From NCBI RefSeq assembly GCF_006345805.1, contig NC_043019.1:28333360-28397359 (forward strand): DNA of 64,000 bases, written 5' to 3'. The stretch is from Octopus sinensis (Eukaryota). Made by a program: the position numbers and the translations under genes. Below are positions 63,207 through 64,000 of the stretch, in pieces (the first letter of the stretch is position 1; every line of letters starts with the position of its first letter). The notes below the pieces were generated by a model. That model did no database searches and was not told the origin of the DNA. It was given only the letters and a program-made list of their open reading frames with translations.

Positions 63207-63955
63207 CATATATATGCATACTTTGATAGTCAATGAAATAGAAATAAAATGTTTATTTGTGTGGGTTGGTACCAAATGATCCACAGCCCAGTGGTTGGAG
63301 ATGCCTGGTCTATGGTATGAATGCATTAAATGGCAAGATCTTTCATTCATACCATAGGAGGTCTTTTAAAACCATGAGATGAGCCTTGCGTCAAGATTTC
63401 ACTGACCTTTGAGCTATATACTGCCTTATCCTCATTGACGCATACTTAAGATCTAAAACCTTAAAACCCTTTGGGAAAACTAAAACCCTAAAACTCTTTG
63501 GGTATACCAAAAGATCCACTAAAGGTCTGTCTAAGTTATGTCTTGAGGGATTTCTTCAAGGTAAAAGAAATTGTGGTGGTTCTAAATAAAGATGAAAAGA
63601 AAACATTGCAGATGGATTTCACCTTGACAACTTAGATCACAATAAACTTACTCAGTAAATACAGTAATAAATGGGGAAAACTTGTTTTTGTTTTAACTTC
63701 TATTTTGATGATTTCCATTGCTAATTTCACGAACATGTATAACTTAAGTAATAACACAAATCAAATGGTTTGTTGAACCATATTTTCTGGCATACAAGTC
63801 AAATTTTTAGACCAAAATTTATAACCAAAACATGTAGGCTGACTTATACACCAAGATAACTTAGGCAGACTAAATTCCATGTGAAATGCAGCAGGATTTG
63901 GAAAGATAGTGACAATGTTTGAATGTTTATACTACATGATTTACACTTTATACTA

Positions 63956-64000
63956 CAGGGTGTCCACAAAGTCTGGGTACATGGAGTAAATAAAATCATA
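63956..64000 (+). mobile_element. Start of a mariner-like element (truncated by the window end)
   Basis: TA|CAGGGTGTCCACAAAGTCTGG resembles a mariner TIR. Confidence 0.45.

Overview
AT-rich, intron-dominated eukaryotic DNA. The repeat complement suggests an octopus/coleoid cephalopod genome; this is an inference, and no species assignment is possible from the window. One protein-coding gene is present: AP3D1 (AP-3 adaptor delta subunit), + strand. I found 14 coding exons from 7415 to 62663, all GT-AG with consistent phases, totalling 1377 nt (459 codons), and the gene continues past the window end. A CpG-richer unique segment (~6500-7090) upstream carries a CLEAR/MiT-TFE-type E-box. The rest is microsatellites and transposon relics: several tRNA-derived SINE families, RTE and CR1 LINE 3' ends, Tc1 and mariner/maT elements, and hAT-, piggyBac- and Helitron-like MITEs, plus one 100-N gap. 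The main unannotated signal is a set of type I hammerhead-ribozyme (HHR) motifs in several short Penelope-like (PLE) repeat families that sit in (TA)n runs and are often folded back on themselves. Two copies with a fully canonical core lie in a ~1.45-kb inverted repeat just upstream of AP3D1. About ten further minimal, variant or decayed copies are spread through the window. All RNA folds were done by eye and none has been tested for activity.
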